Part shown: piece by piece, positions 27,133 to 35,562 of the stretch | Position numbering within the stretch: the first letter of the stretch is position 1 | Layout: each line of letters opens with the position of its first letter | From: a virus | Length of the DNA stretch: 64,000 bases | IMG/VR virus record: IMGVR_UViG_3300050015_000276 | Location: 115,688-179,687 of that record | Direction: 5' to 3' (one strand) | Made by a program: the position numbers and the translations under genes | Notes under the pieces: generated by a model | Databases searched by the model: none | Seen by the model: only the letters and a program-made list of their open reading frames with translations | Told to the model about the DNA's origin: nothing

Positions 27133-27246
27133 TTTGTGGGTCGTCTAAGAGTAGGACGGCGCTGCGCAACGTTATACCAAAGCGATTGATGGATGAGGTA
27201 TCCTTTAGATACTTTACAGAGTCGGTCGAACACATGGTCCCACAAA
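27133..27246 (+). ncRNA. Candidate structured RNA directly 3' of tRNA-Gln
   Basis: TTTGTGGG/CCCACAAA closing stem, D-arm-like GTCT-AAGAGTA-GGAC, GGTATC/GATACT hairpin. Confidence 0.45.
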
Positions 27247-27467
27247 TAATAAGGAATATATGAATGATAAATTACTGACTTTATTTTTCTTTTGTCTTTT
27301 ACGTGATTTGTACCTGCTGGTATTATAGCAAAATGTGTAGAAAATGCGGAATTGTGTAATAAATTTACCGGATCCATTTCAGTTGATACGGACGTAACTT
27401 CTTCGATGTTGAAATTGGCACAAAGTTTTACTGATCGTTTTGTTAATGAAACTAAATAAGGATATTA

Positions 27468-27544
27468 GCGAAATACTGTATAGATGGCTAGTACGCTAGG
27501 CTTCCAACCTTGAGGGCCGGATTCGAGTTCCGGATTTCGCTCCA
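27468..27544 (+). tRNA. tRNA-Gly(TCC)
   Basis: GCGAAAT/ATTTCGC, loop CTTCCAA, TCCA end. Confidence 0.88.
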
Positions 27545-27554
27545 AACTAAAATT

Positions 27555-27794
27555 ATGAAGTGTTATATACTAAAGCGAAATGATACGGGTCAATATTACC
27601 GTGGAAATAATAAACGAAATTTTAGAGATCGTTGGACAGAGAAATTAGAACAAGCAAAGAAATATAAACGTCAAGGTGACGTTGCCAACGCCGTTACAAC
27701 CATGAGAGATTATTCGGCTTACAGGGAAGTTAAGAATGTGACATTTACGGTCTTGTCATATTCCTTGGAATATATTGCGGAATATGAACTCTAA
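27555..27794 (+). CDS. Hypothetical protein
   Basis: ATG after tRNA-Gly. Confidence 0.6.
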   Translation: MKCYILKRNDTGQYYRGNNKRNFRDRWTEKLEQAKKYKRQGDVANAVTTMRDYSAYREVKNVTFTVLSYSLEYIAEYEL

Positions 27795-27866
27795 ATAGTT
27801 TAGTAGTGAAACCAATTGGCTTAAAACAAACGGGCATTTTAGCCGATATGCCGAGAAAAGGAAAAT

Positions 27867-28640
27867 ATGATGTATAAAAATGGCCTCGTGGCCGTTATTA
27901 AAGTTGGAGGACGTGTCCTCCGTGAAACAAAAGATGTTGTTTATGTTCCCTTCGGGTCTGAATATTCTGTATTAATCAAGAATCTGAAAACCAAAAGAGT
28001 GTTAATTAATATGGCTATTGATGGCACTGATGCTTTTGATGGTACTCAGATTGTGATCCCTGCTAATTCAGAAGTTGAATTGGAACGATTCATTAGGAAT
28101 GGTAATTTAAATTCGGGTAATAAATTCAAGTTTATTGAACGTACAGAAGCCATTGAAGAATTCCGAGGTGTTAAGTCTGACGATGGTTTGATTCGTATTG
28201 AATATTGGACAGAGAAAGTTCATGATCCGATGATATTGGTAAACAATGCTTGGAAATATGAATTTGGAACAAACTATCGAAATCCATATGGAAATTTTCG
28301 TTCATTCAATTCTCTCGATGATTCTTATTCCTTTAATGATGTTTCTACTTGTGGACTTACATATTGTGCATTTAATCAACAATCGTTAGAACCGGTGAAT
28401 GGTGCTGGTATTACTGTTGCCGGTAGTCAGAGTAATCAAACATTTGGGACATGTGGTTGGTTTGAGACCGAACCACAAAGTGAAGTTCTTATTTTGAAGA
28501 TGTGTGGAAAGACAGAAACACAAAAGGTAGTAAAACCTATTACAGTACAGATGAAAAAAGTTTGTGTGACTTGTGGCAAGAAAAGTCATGGAAATGTAAG
28601 TTTTTGTCCGCAGTGTGGAACTGCATTGAATTTGATTTAA
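27867..28640 (+). CDS. Conserved hypothetical protein with C-terminal zinc ribbon
   Basis: VPFGSEYSVLIKN...NGNLNSGNKFKF; CVTCG...FCPQCGT. Confidence 0.75.
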   Translation: MMYKNGLVAVIKVGGRVLRETKDVVYVPFGSEYSVLIKNLKTKRVLINMAIDGTDAFDGTQIVIPANSEVELERFIRNGNLNSGNKFKFIERTEAIEEFRGVKSDDGLIRIEYWTEKVHDPMILVNNAWKYEFGTNYRNPYGNFRSFNSLDDSYSFNDVSTCGLTYCAFNQQSLEPVNGAGITVAGSQSNQTFGTCGWFETEPQSEVLILKMCGKTETQKVVKPITVQMKKVCVTCGKKSHGNVSFCPQCGTALNLI

Positions 28641-28648
28641 AGGTTTGT

Positions 28649-28724
28649 TCCTCGGTAGCTCAATTGGTAGAGCGGGTGGCTGTTAACCACCTCGTTGCAG
28701 GTTCGACTCCTGCCTGGGGAGCCA
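28649..28724 (+). tRNA. tRNA-Asn(GTT)
   Basis: Loop CTGTTAA, GCCA end. Confidence 0.92.
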
Positions 28725-28729
28725 TTTTT

Positions 28730-28822
28730 GGCCACGAAATGTAAGGTGCATGGGCGGATTTATATCCCGTATAATCGCCAGATAAGCGTACTGGCTGGGT
28801 TCGATTCCCAGCGTGGCTACCA
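28730..28822 (+). tRNA. Atypical tRNA with anticodon TAT (Ile, AUA) and a long extra arm
   Basis: GGCCACG/CGTGGCT, T-arm, ACCA end; loop TTTATAT; ~22-nt variable region. Confidence 0.7.
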
Positions 28823-28843
28823 AATAATGTCAATAATTCTTTA

Positions 28844-28872
28844 TTGACATTCGGGGTTGTAAATGTTATAAT
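28844..28872 (+). promoter_or_regulatory. sigma70-like early promoter
   Basis: TTGACA-17nt-TATAAT with TG extension. Confidence 0.8.
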
Positions 28873-28878
28873 AGATTC

Positions 28879-29294
28879 ATGAGTGATATTATATACTGTG
28901 GGTTTACCGGCACTAGAAAAGGAATGACGTTATTCCAAAAGCAACGATTGATCAGTTATTTAACTCAATTTAAAAATAACGACACTCAATTAGTTTGGCA
29001 CCATGGTTGTTGTGAAGGTGCCGATGTTGAATTTGATGGAATCGTTCGTAAATTTTATCCTAATGGACATTTACATCCATCGAATATAAGTAAAACTCAA
29101 GTTGTTTGTTTGTGGATGGTGACGTTCTTTATAAACCTAAACCTCCACTGGCACGTGATCGTGATATTGTAAATGCAGTTGAATTTTTGATTGCGGCTCC
29201 AAAAAGTGATGATCAAACTTTGAGAAGCGGCACGTGGACGACAATACGGTATGCTCGGAAAACAGGTAAAGAGATTTGGATGTTAGAACGGTAA
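28879..29294 (+). pseudogene. SLOG/DprA-like nucleotide-binding protein split by a frameshift at (TTGT)3
   Basis: N-half GFTGTRKGM...HHGCCEGAD; C-half PLARDRDIV...LIAAP...SGTWTTIRYA in another frame. Confidence 0.75.
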
Positions 29295-29298
29295 ATTG

Positions 29299-29384
29299 GG
29301 CCCTGTGGTGAAATTGGCAGTACACGCAAGTTTAAGGAACTTGTGCCTTCGGGCGTGAAAGTTCAAGTCTTTCCAGGGCCACCA
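29299..29384 (+). tRNA. tRNA-Leu with anticodon AAG (A34)
   Basis: GGCCCTG/CAGGGCC-A-CCA; CAAGT-TTAAGGA-ACTTG gives U33, A34-A35-G36, G37; Leu-type long arm. Confidence 0.85.
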
Positions 29385-29400
29385 AAATTTGGAGATAATT

Positions 29401-29613
29401 ATGAATAAACTTTATAAGTTGTTTCTGGCAGTCATTGCTACAATTATAGCATTTTTCCCTACTGAGATTTATGTGATAATTTACCACTCATTGGGTCCTT
29501 TAACGTTCTGGGAGATGGCTTCTTTAGGACTTGGTTTTTTCTTTGGTGGTGCTTTTCAAGTATTTCTTTTGGGTTTGTTGGTAGCATTTCTTGTGTGGTT
29601 ATCGGATTTTTAA
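29401..29613 (+). CDS. Small membrane protein
   Basis: Two hydrophobic segments. Confidence 0.6.
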   Translation: MNKLYKLFLAVIATIIAFFPTEIYVIIYHSLGPLTFWEMASLGLGFFFGGAFQVFLLGLLVAFLVWLSDF

Positions 29614-29615
29614 TT

Positions 29616-29786
29616 ATGGAAAAGAAAGAACCTCGTTTTATTCTTCATGAAACCGATCCAAGTACTAGTTTGAAAACGGTATTTGGAAAGTATGATACTT
29701 ACCAAGAAGCGTGTGATATAGTTGAAAGATTACCGAAAGAAAGAATACCTTTCTGTTCTATTGAGGTTATGGATTTTAAAATATGA
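29616..29786 (+). CDS. Hypothetical protein
   Basis: Packed ORF. Confidence 0.5.
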   Translation: MEKKEPRFILHETDPSTSLKTVFGKYDTYQEACDIVERLPKERIPFCSIEVMDFKI

Positions 29787-30067
29787 AAGTATATGATTGT
29801 TTTAAACGCGAGATTACGGTTGGTTGTTTTCTTGCGGCAGCCACAATGAGTTTTAAACGGCGTAGTATTAGAGTTGGAAAAGTAATTAAGATTCACAAAT
29901 CCGGAAAGATTACTATAGATACTGGTAGTAAACTTCATTCGTGGAGTACTACAACTCTTTCCGTAATTAATGGTGGATATGAATCTTGTATTATTGATCC
30001 AAGTTCACTTCCTTCTGAGGTTTTGGGAAAGTTTGCAATAGGGGTCTGGCACTTCCAGAGGCGCTAA
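29783..30067 (+). CDS. Hypothetical protein
   Basis: YDCFKREITVG start typical of small phage SH3-like proteins. Confidence 0.6.
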   Translation: MKVYDCFKREITVGCFLAAATMSFKRRSIRVGKVIKIHKSGKITIDTGSKLHSWSTTTLSVINGGYESCIIDPSSLPSEVLGKFAIGVWHFQRR

Positions 30068-30073
30068 ATTCAT

Positions 30074-30149
30074 AGGAGAATAGTTTAAATGGATAAAACG
30101 GCGGTCTCCAAAACCGTTAATCTCGGTTCGAGGCCGAGTTCTCCTGCCA
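30074..30149 (+). tRNA. tRNA-Trp(CCA)
   Basis: AGGAGAA/TTCTCCT, loop CTCCAAA, GCCA end. Confidence 0.9.
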
Positions 30150-30165
30150 ATACATAAATAGTATT

Positions 30166-30468
30166 ATGATTCCCCTTGCATTTAAAGATTATCAAAAAGA
30201 AGTTCAAGATTTTCCTGGAACGGTAATTCTTTTCTTTACTTCTCCATGGGATACCCCGGGTTTAAAAACTGCTAAGTTTTTACGTTCTTTTGTTAAAGAT
30301 GGAGTTAAAATTTTCTCTGTAGATTATGATTCTGAGAGAGAATTGGTACAAAAATTTTCAGTAAGAGTCTTGCCTATTTTGTTTTCCCTGAAGGCAGGAG
30401 AGGTTGTTTCTACAGTAAGTGTTTGTGAAACACCAGAACAATTACAAAATCTATTAGAGGAAAAGTAA
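30166..30468 (+). CDS. Thioredoxin-fold protein lacking CxxC
   Basis: VILFFTSPWDTP...VDYD...F.VR.LP; active site degenerate. Confidence 0.65.
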   Translation: MIPLAFKDYQKEVQDFPGTVILFFTSPWDTPGLKTAKFLRSFVKDGVKIFSVDYDSERELVQKFSVRVLPILFSLKAGEVVSTVSVCETPEQLQNLLEEK

Positions 30469-31250
30469 TGACTTTAGAAAAATTCCTTACTTTATCTAAA
30501 TCTATTTTGTGTCTTTCTGTTGCTGCTTCAGTTCTTGTGGTTCTTCCTTTTATTGTTAATCAACAAATTACAGTTTTGAATACTACGGTTGCACAAACTA
30601 AAACGGAAACAATTGCTTTAGTGGATCGTAGATTTGATACGCTTCAAGGAGGAATAGATTCTTGGTTGAAAATTGCAGATAATCGTATTGCATCTTTAGA
30701 AAAGAACACCTATGGATTAGCTGGTGATCTTCGCAAAGATACATTTAGTGCAATAGCAAACACTCGTAAAGATATGTTTGGTGCGATTGTAGAGACGCGG
30801 GTTGACGCGCTTACAAAGATTGATAGTATAGCGTCAAATTTAGATAAACAGTTAACAAAAACGAATGAATCCGTTTCTACATTAGTAACAGCATATGCGG
30901 ATATTCCAACAGCAGTTGGTGCAAGATTTGATAACCAAACAGATTGCACACGTAATGCTTTGTGTTGGCAAAATTTAACTACAGATACGTTAACTAATTT
31001 CCGATTTACTGGAAGAGATATTAGTTCTTCGACTAAAACTTTCAATGAAGGGTTTCCAGTATTAATGTCTGGAGTTAATACGACGGTAATTAATTTTGCT
31101 TCCATAACAAGTAATATTAACCGTTTGACAACACCGAAATGGTACGATAGGTTGTTGGGGTATGGATTAAATGGTGTTATGATTTATAGGAATTTAAATC
31201 CAGCAACGAATATAGTGGTAAAAGGTACGCAATTTTTAACATCACACTAA
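30468..31250 (+). CDS. Membrane-anchored helical protein
   Basis: N-terminal hydrophobic segment followed by amphipathic helices. Confidence 0.65.
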   Translation: MTLEKFLTLSKSILCLSVAASVLVVLPFIVNQQITVLNTTVAQTKTETIALVDRRFDTLQGGIDSWLKIADNRIASLEKNTYGLAGDLRKDTFSAIANTRKDMFGAIVETRVDALTKIDSIASNLDKQLTKTNESVSTLVTAYADIPTAVGARFDNQTDCTRNALCWQNLTTDTLTNFRFTGRDISSSTKTFNEGFPVLMSGVNTTVINFASITSNINRLTTPKWYDRLLGYGLNGVMIYRNLNPATNIVVKGTQFLTSH

Positions 31251-31269
31251 ATATAGGATGAAAGATTGA

Positions 31270-31629
31270 ATGACGAAAATTGATAATGATATAATCCAAA
31301 TTGTAACCGAAGAAAGGCAACCAACAATGCTGGAGCAAACTTCCTGGGTAAAAGTGAGCAAACAATGCCACACATTGATCGATGAAGATTGTAAAATTCT
31401 TGCAGTGATCTTTACAAGTTATGATGAAGACGACGGTGACGAAAATTTTATTTGGGATGTTGAAATTGAGGGTGAAGAATTTGGTAGTTATGTGAGTCTT
31501 TATTGTGCCAAGATGGCGGTGCAAACAGCCATTGCTGAGTGGGATGCTAAAATGGCCGCGGCCGCGAATAGGAAGAAAAAGACTACAGCAAAGAAAAAGA
31601 AAATGGAGAAAAGTGTTGCTAGAAAATAA
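31270..31629 (+). CDS. Hypothetical protein
   Basis: Acidic core, basic tail. Confidence 0.6.
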   Translation: MTKIDNDIIQIVTEERQPTMLEQTSWVKVSKQCHTLIDEDCKILAVIFTSYDEDDGDENFIWDVEIEGEEFGSYVSLYCAKMAVQTAIAEWDAKMAAAANRKKKTTAKKKKMEKSVARK

Positions 31630-32131
31630 TGTTTTGGGTGTTTATAGATTGAGTGAAACTGTTGAGATGCCGACATTTGCCACAGAAGGTTCGGCAGCAT
31701 TTGACTTGCGGGTGTTCCTTGATGGAACAGCAGTTAAGGGATATGATGAATTCAACGATGTGTTCCTTGTTGAGACTGCACCATATAATATATTAAAGCT
31801 TTTGCCTGGGTGTCGGTATATGATACCTACGGGATTAATTTTGGATATTCCAAAAGGTTTTAGAGTAGATATTAATATTCGTGGAGGCACAGGACTTAAG
31901 AAAGGCCTTTGTCTTTCTAATGATACTGGATTAGTAGACGAAGATTACGTACAAGAAGTATTTGTATTGGTCTTGAATACCAGTAATACCGTTGTGACAT
32001 TAGAAAACGGTGAGAGAATTGCCCAGGCGAAATTAGAAAAAGTTGAACCTCTGACGTTATTGGAATTACAGGTTCCTCCTTATCAGAAGACTTCACGGTC
32101 CGGTGGATTTAATTCAACAGGAACCAAATAA
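31613..32131 (+). CDS. dut: dUTPase (trimeric type)
   Basis: GSAAFDL, IPTGL, GLVDEDY, GERIAQ, RSGGFNSTG; likely GTG start at 31613. Confidence 0.93.
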   Translation: MLLENNVLGVYRLSETVEMPTFATEGSAAFDLRVFLDGTAVKGYDEFNDVFLVETAPYNILKLLPGCRYMIPTGLILDIPKGFRVDINIRGGTGLKKGLCLSNDTGLVDEDYVQEVFVLVLNTSNTVVTLENGERIAQAKLEKVEPLTLLELQVPPYQKTSRSGGFNSTGTK

Positions 32132-32132
32132 A

Positions 32133-32300
32133 ATGAAAACTTATACGATTCAATTTGCCGCTTCTAGAAGTTCACAGTTTAAAGCTACATCTTTTGAAGT
32201 GATAAGTGGAGATTTGACTCTTCTTGATAATGGCGAACCAATTGCTGCTTTTGCAAAGGGAACTTGGTCGGTTATTTGTGAAGATGGGATTTTTAATTAG
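32133..32300 (+). CDS. Small hypothetical protein
   Basis: ATG 2 nt after the dut stop. Confidence 0.5.
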   Translation: MKTYTIQFAASRSSQFKATSFEVISGDLTLLDNGEPIAAFAKGTWSVICEDGIFN

Positions 32301-32303
32301 TTC

Positions 32304-32332
32304 TTGACATCCTTCTTTCTTCGTGTTACAAT
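32304..32332 (+). promoter_or_regulatory. sigma70-like promoter of gene 43
   Basis: TTGACA-17nt-TACAAT. Confidence 0.75.
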
Positions 32333-32443
32333 GTAATTGTAAGCTTATTCATCTAAAGACTAAGATACTTCTAGTTGGCGTATGCCCGGAGGAAATGTGA
32401 AATCGTTACTCACATAAGCTTGCCCATTCCTTTAAAATCAATT

Positions 32444-35023
32444 ATGAAATTTTATACCAACGCCCAGGTATCGGGCAATACCATATTATTAAAAGAGTTC
32501 TATAACGGTAAGCGTAAAAGATACCGTGTCGAATATCAGCCAACTCTTTATGTGAATGGCAAACCTGATAGTACATGGCATACATTGACTGGTGAACCAG
32601 TTGAACCCTTGAAGTTTGAAAGTATTAAAGAAGCCCGCGAATTTGTAAAAACGAATACGGACATCCCAGATTATCCTCTGTACGGCAATACCCAATTCCA
32701 ATATTCTTTTATAGCTGATGAATATCCAGAACATGAAATCAGTTACGATTTAAAAGATATTTCAATTTTCACTATTGATATCGAAACTGAGAGTGAATCG
32801 GGGTTTACTCAAGATGCTGCCGAGAAGACACCAGAACGTGTTAATGTCATAACATTAAAAGATTTTAATAAAGATGAATACCACGTTTTTACATTTGTTG
32901 ATGATGGCATCTATAATAAAAAGAATCGGTTTGTTCCAAAGACAGATAACATTATTCATTATGAATATAAATCCGAAATGGAAATGTTATTGATGTTCCT
33001 GAAAGTATGGAATAAACTGGATCCTGATATTGTTACAGGATGGTCGAGCCGGTTTTTTGACATACCTTATTTGTATAATCGTCTTGTATTGTTGTTTGGT
33101 GAAAAGACTGCCAAGAAATTATCTCCCTGGAACCAAGTTAATTCCGAGACCGTAAACTTTATGAATCGGGATCATAATTGTTATGCCATTAGTGGTATAT
33201 CACAGTTAGATTACATTCAAATTTACCGGAAGAATGTTTTGGATCCGAGAGAAAATTATAAGTTGGATTATATTGCGAAAGTAGAACTTGGCGAAGGTAA
33301 GATTGATTGGCGAGAGAAATACGGAACAATGAAGGAATTCTATAAGAAGGATTTCCAATGGTTCGTAGAGTATAATATCCAAGATGTGAAGTTACCAGAT
33401 ATGTTAGAAGCCAAACTCAAACTCATTGAGTTGGTGGTGTCCGTTGCATATATTGCCAAAGTAAATTATGTGGATGTTCTAGCCCAAACCCGCACTTGGG
33501 ATATGTTGATTTATAATTATTTGTTTCAAAAAAATATTGTTTATCCAGTTAAAAAAATATTTATTGAAAAAAAGGAACAATTTGAAGGAGCGTATGTCAA
33601 GGATCCTTTACCGGGAATGTATGAAGATATTTGTAGTTTTGATGTAAATTCCCTTTACCCGTCAATTATGTTATTGACAAATATGGGAATAGAAACAAAA
33701 CAAAATAAAAAGTTTAAGTTAAATCCAGAAGATTTTTTAAATAAAACTGAAAAATATCTTGAAGCTATAGAATATTCTAAAAAAAATAATTTAACTCTTG
33801 CTGCAAATGGTATTTTATATGACCGAAAAAATTATAGTTTTTTAACGGTATTGTTAAATCAAATTTTGAATGGTAGAAAAATAGCAAGAGAAAATATTAA
33901 AATCAAGAAAAATGAATTAAAAAATAATACAGAAGAAAATATAAAATCAAAAAAACAAATTGAATTAGATATATCTTCTCTTGAGGTTAAGCAAAAAAGT
34001 TTGAAGGTATTAGCCAATTCTTGTTACGGTTGTCTTGGAACACCATATTTTAGATGGTTCGATATTGATAACGCTGAAGCTGTAACTTTAACCGGTAAAG
34101 TTATTATTCAATATATTCAGAATGGTATAAATAGTTTTTTAAATAAACTATTGAATACTAATTCCGATTATGTTATTGCTGTGGATACAGATTCAAATTA
34201 TATTACATTAAAGGTTTTGGTTGATAAAGTTTACAAAAATAAACGTCCATCTGATTTAAATAAGATAACAAATTTTATTGATACGGTATGTAAAGAAAAA
34301 TTAGAACCAGAAATTGATCGATTATTTTCAATATTAACAAATGAATTTTTCAATGGAATGATTGAAAAAGAACCATTGTTAAAAATGAAACGAGAAATAA
34401 TTGCCAGTAAAGGTATTTGGGGTTCTAAAAAACATTATATTTTATTGGTTCAAGATACTGAGGGATTTAGACATCCAGAATCAAAATTAAAAATAATGGG
34501 ATTTGATTTAGCAAAATCCAGTTTGCCGCAATTTACAAAAGATGCAATGCGTAAAGCGGTAAATATTGTAATGTCTGGAACTCAAGAACAATTAGCAGAC
34601 TTCATAGAAGAAACTCGTTTAAAGTTTTTGAAGTTGCCAGTTGAAGATGTTGCATTTCCTCGTGGTGTAAATAATCTTGAAAAATGGGGAGATGAGGAAA
34701 ACATCTATACAAAAGGAACTCCAAAGGCTGTAAAGGGAGTTTTAATTCATAATGAATGTCTTGAACGTTTAGGATTACTTTCTAAATACCAACCGATTAC
34801 ATCTTCCGAAAAAATCAAATACGTTCATCTCAAAATACCAAATCCAATACATTCACCAGTAATTGCATTCAATGGTAAATTACCAAAGGAATTTGGTCTT
34901 CACAAATATGTGGATTTTAATGATATGTTTGAAGGAACACTTATTAAACCACTTGAGAAAATTCTTGATCCTATAGGATGGTCAACAGAAAAAATAGTAG
35001 ATATGGAGCAATTTTTTATATGA
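32444..35023 (+). CDS. 43: Family B DNA polymerase (T4 gp43-like)
   Basis: Exonuclease motifs IDIET, GW...FFDIPYL, YNIQDV; polymerase motifs SFDVNSLYPS, KVLANSCYG, VDTDS, KKHY. Confidence 0.97.
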   Translation: MKFYTNAQVSGNTILLKEFYNGKRKRYRVEYQPTLYVNGKPDSTWHTLTGEPVEPLKFESIKEAREFVKTNTDIPDYPLYGNTQFQYSFIADEYPEHEISYDLKDISIFTIDIETESESGFTQDAAEKTPERVNVITLKDFNKDEYHVFTFVDDGIYNKKNRFVPKTDNIIHYEYKSEMEMLLMFLKVWNKLDPDIVTGWSSRFFDIPYLYNRLVLLFGEKTAKKLSPWNQVNSETVNFMNRDHNCYAISGISQLDYIQIYRKNVLDPRENYKLDYIAKVELGEGKIDWREKYGTMKEFYKKDFQWFVEYNIQDVKLPDMLEAKLKLIELVVSVAYIAKVNYVDVLAQTRTWDMLIYNYLFQKNIVYPVKKIFIEKKEQFEGAYVKDPLPGMYEDICSFDVNSLYPSIMLLTNMGIETKQNKKFKLNPEDFLNKTEKYLEAIEYSKKNNLTLAANGILYDRKNYSFLTVLLNQILNGRKIARENIKIKKNELKNNTEENIKSKKQIELDISSLEVKQKSLKVLANSCYGCLGTPYFRWFDIDNAEAVTLTGKVIIQYIQNGINSFLNKLLNTNSDYVIAVDTDSNYITLKVLVDKVYKNKRPSDLNKITNFIDTVCKEKLEPEIDRLFSILTNEFFNGMIEKEPLLKMKREIIASKGIWGSKKHYILLVQDTEGFRHPESKLKIMGFDLAKSSLPQFTKDAMRKAVNIVMSGTQEQLADFIEETRLKFLKLPVEDVAFPRGVNNLEKWGDEENIYTKGTPKAVKGVLIHNECLERLGLLSKYQPITSSEKIKYVHLKIPNPIHSPVIAFNGKLPKEFGLHKYVDFNDMFEGTLIKPLEKILDPIGWSTEKIVDMEQFFI

Positions 35024-35562
35024 GTAATATAGAATTAATTCCACTAATACCGACACCGGAAGAGGTGAAGGTATTGTGGTCAGATAAAAAGACTATAAAA
35101 TTGGAACAAATACCATCAATAACAGAAGTAGTAAATCCATTAACAAAGTCATTAAAAGCCGTTTGGCCACAATATTGTGATTCAAATTTAATGCCGATAC
35201 CGGTATTAGATACAATGAGATCTTTTGAAACTGGTGCAACCAGAGATTCGAAAACTGGAAAATTAGAATATGAGGAATGTTTGTCACCTATTGCATTAGA
35301 AGCGTATGCGGAATATATGTTAGATTGTAGTGTGCTTCCAGATGGAACAAAAAGACCGGGGGACAATTGGCAAATTGGTATTCCTCTTGAAGCTTATATG
35401 GATTCTCTTTTGCGGCATGTTTTTGATTTATGGAAATTACATCGAGGATATAAAACATTAGATAGAAAAACTGGTGAGCCTATTACTATTAAGAAAGCTT
35501 TGTGCGCCATTTTATTTAATACCTTTGGTTATCTTCATGAGTACATTAAAAAGGAATTATGA
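35020..35562 (+). CDS. dATP/dGTP diphosphohydrolase-like protein (DUF5664-type)
   Basis: FETGATRDSKTGKL.Y...SP.AL...NWQ.GIP...DSL.RH. Confidence 0.75.
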   Translation: MSNIELIPLIPTPEEVKVLWSDKKTIKLEQIPSITEVVNPLTKSLKAVWPQYCDSNLMPIPVLDTMRSFETGATRDSKTGKLEYEECLSPIALEAYAEYMLDCSVLPDGTKRPGDNWQIGIPLEAYMDSLLRHVFDLWKLHRGYKTLDRKTGEPITIKKALCAILFNTFGYLHEYIKKEL

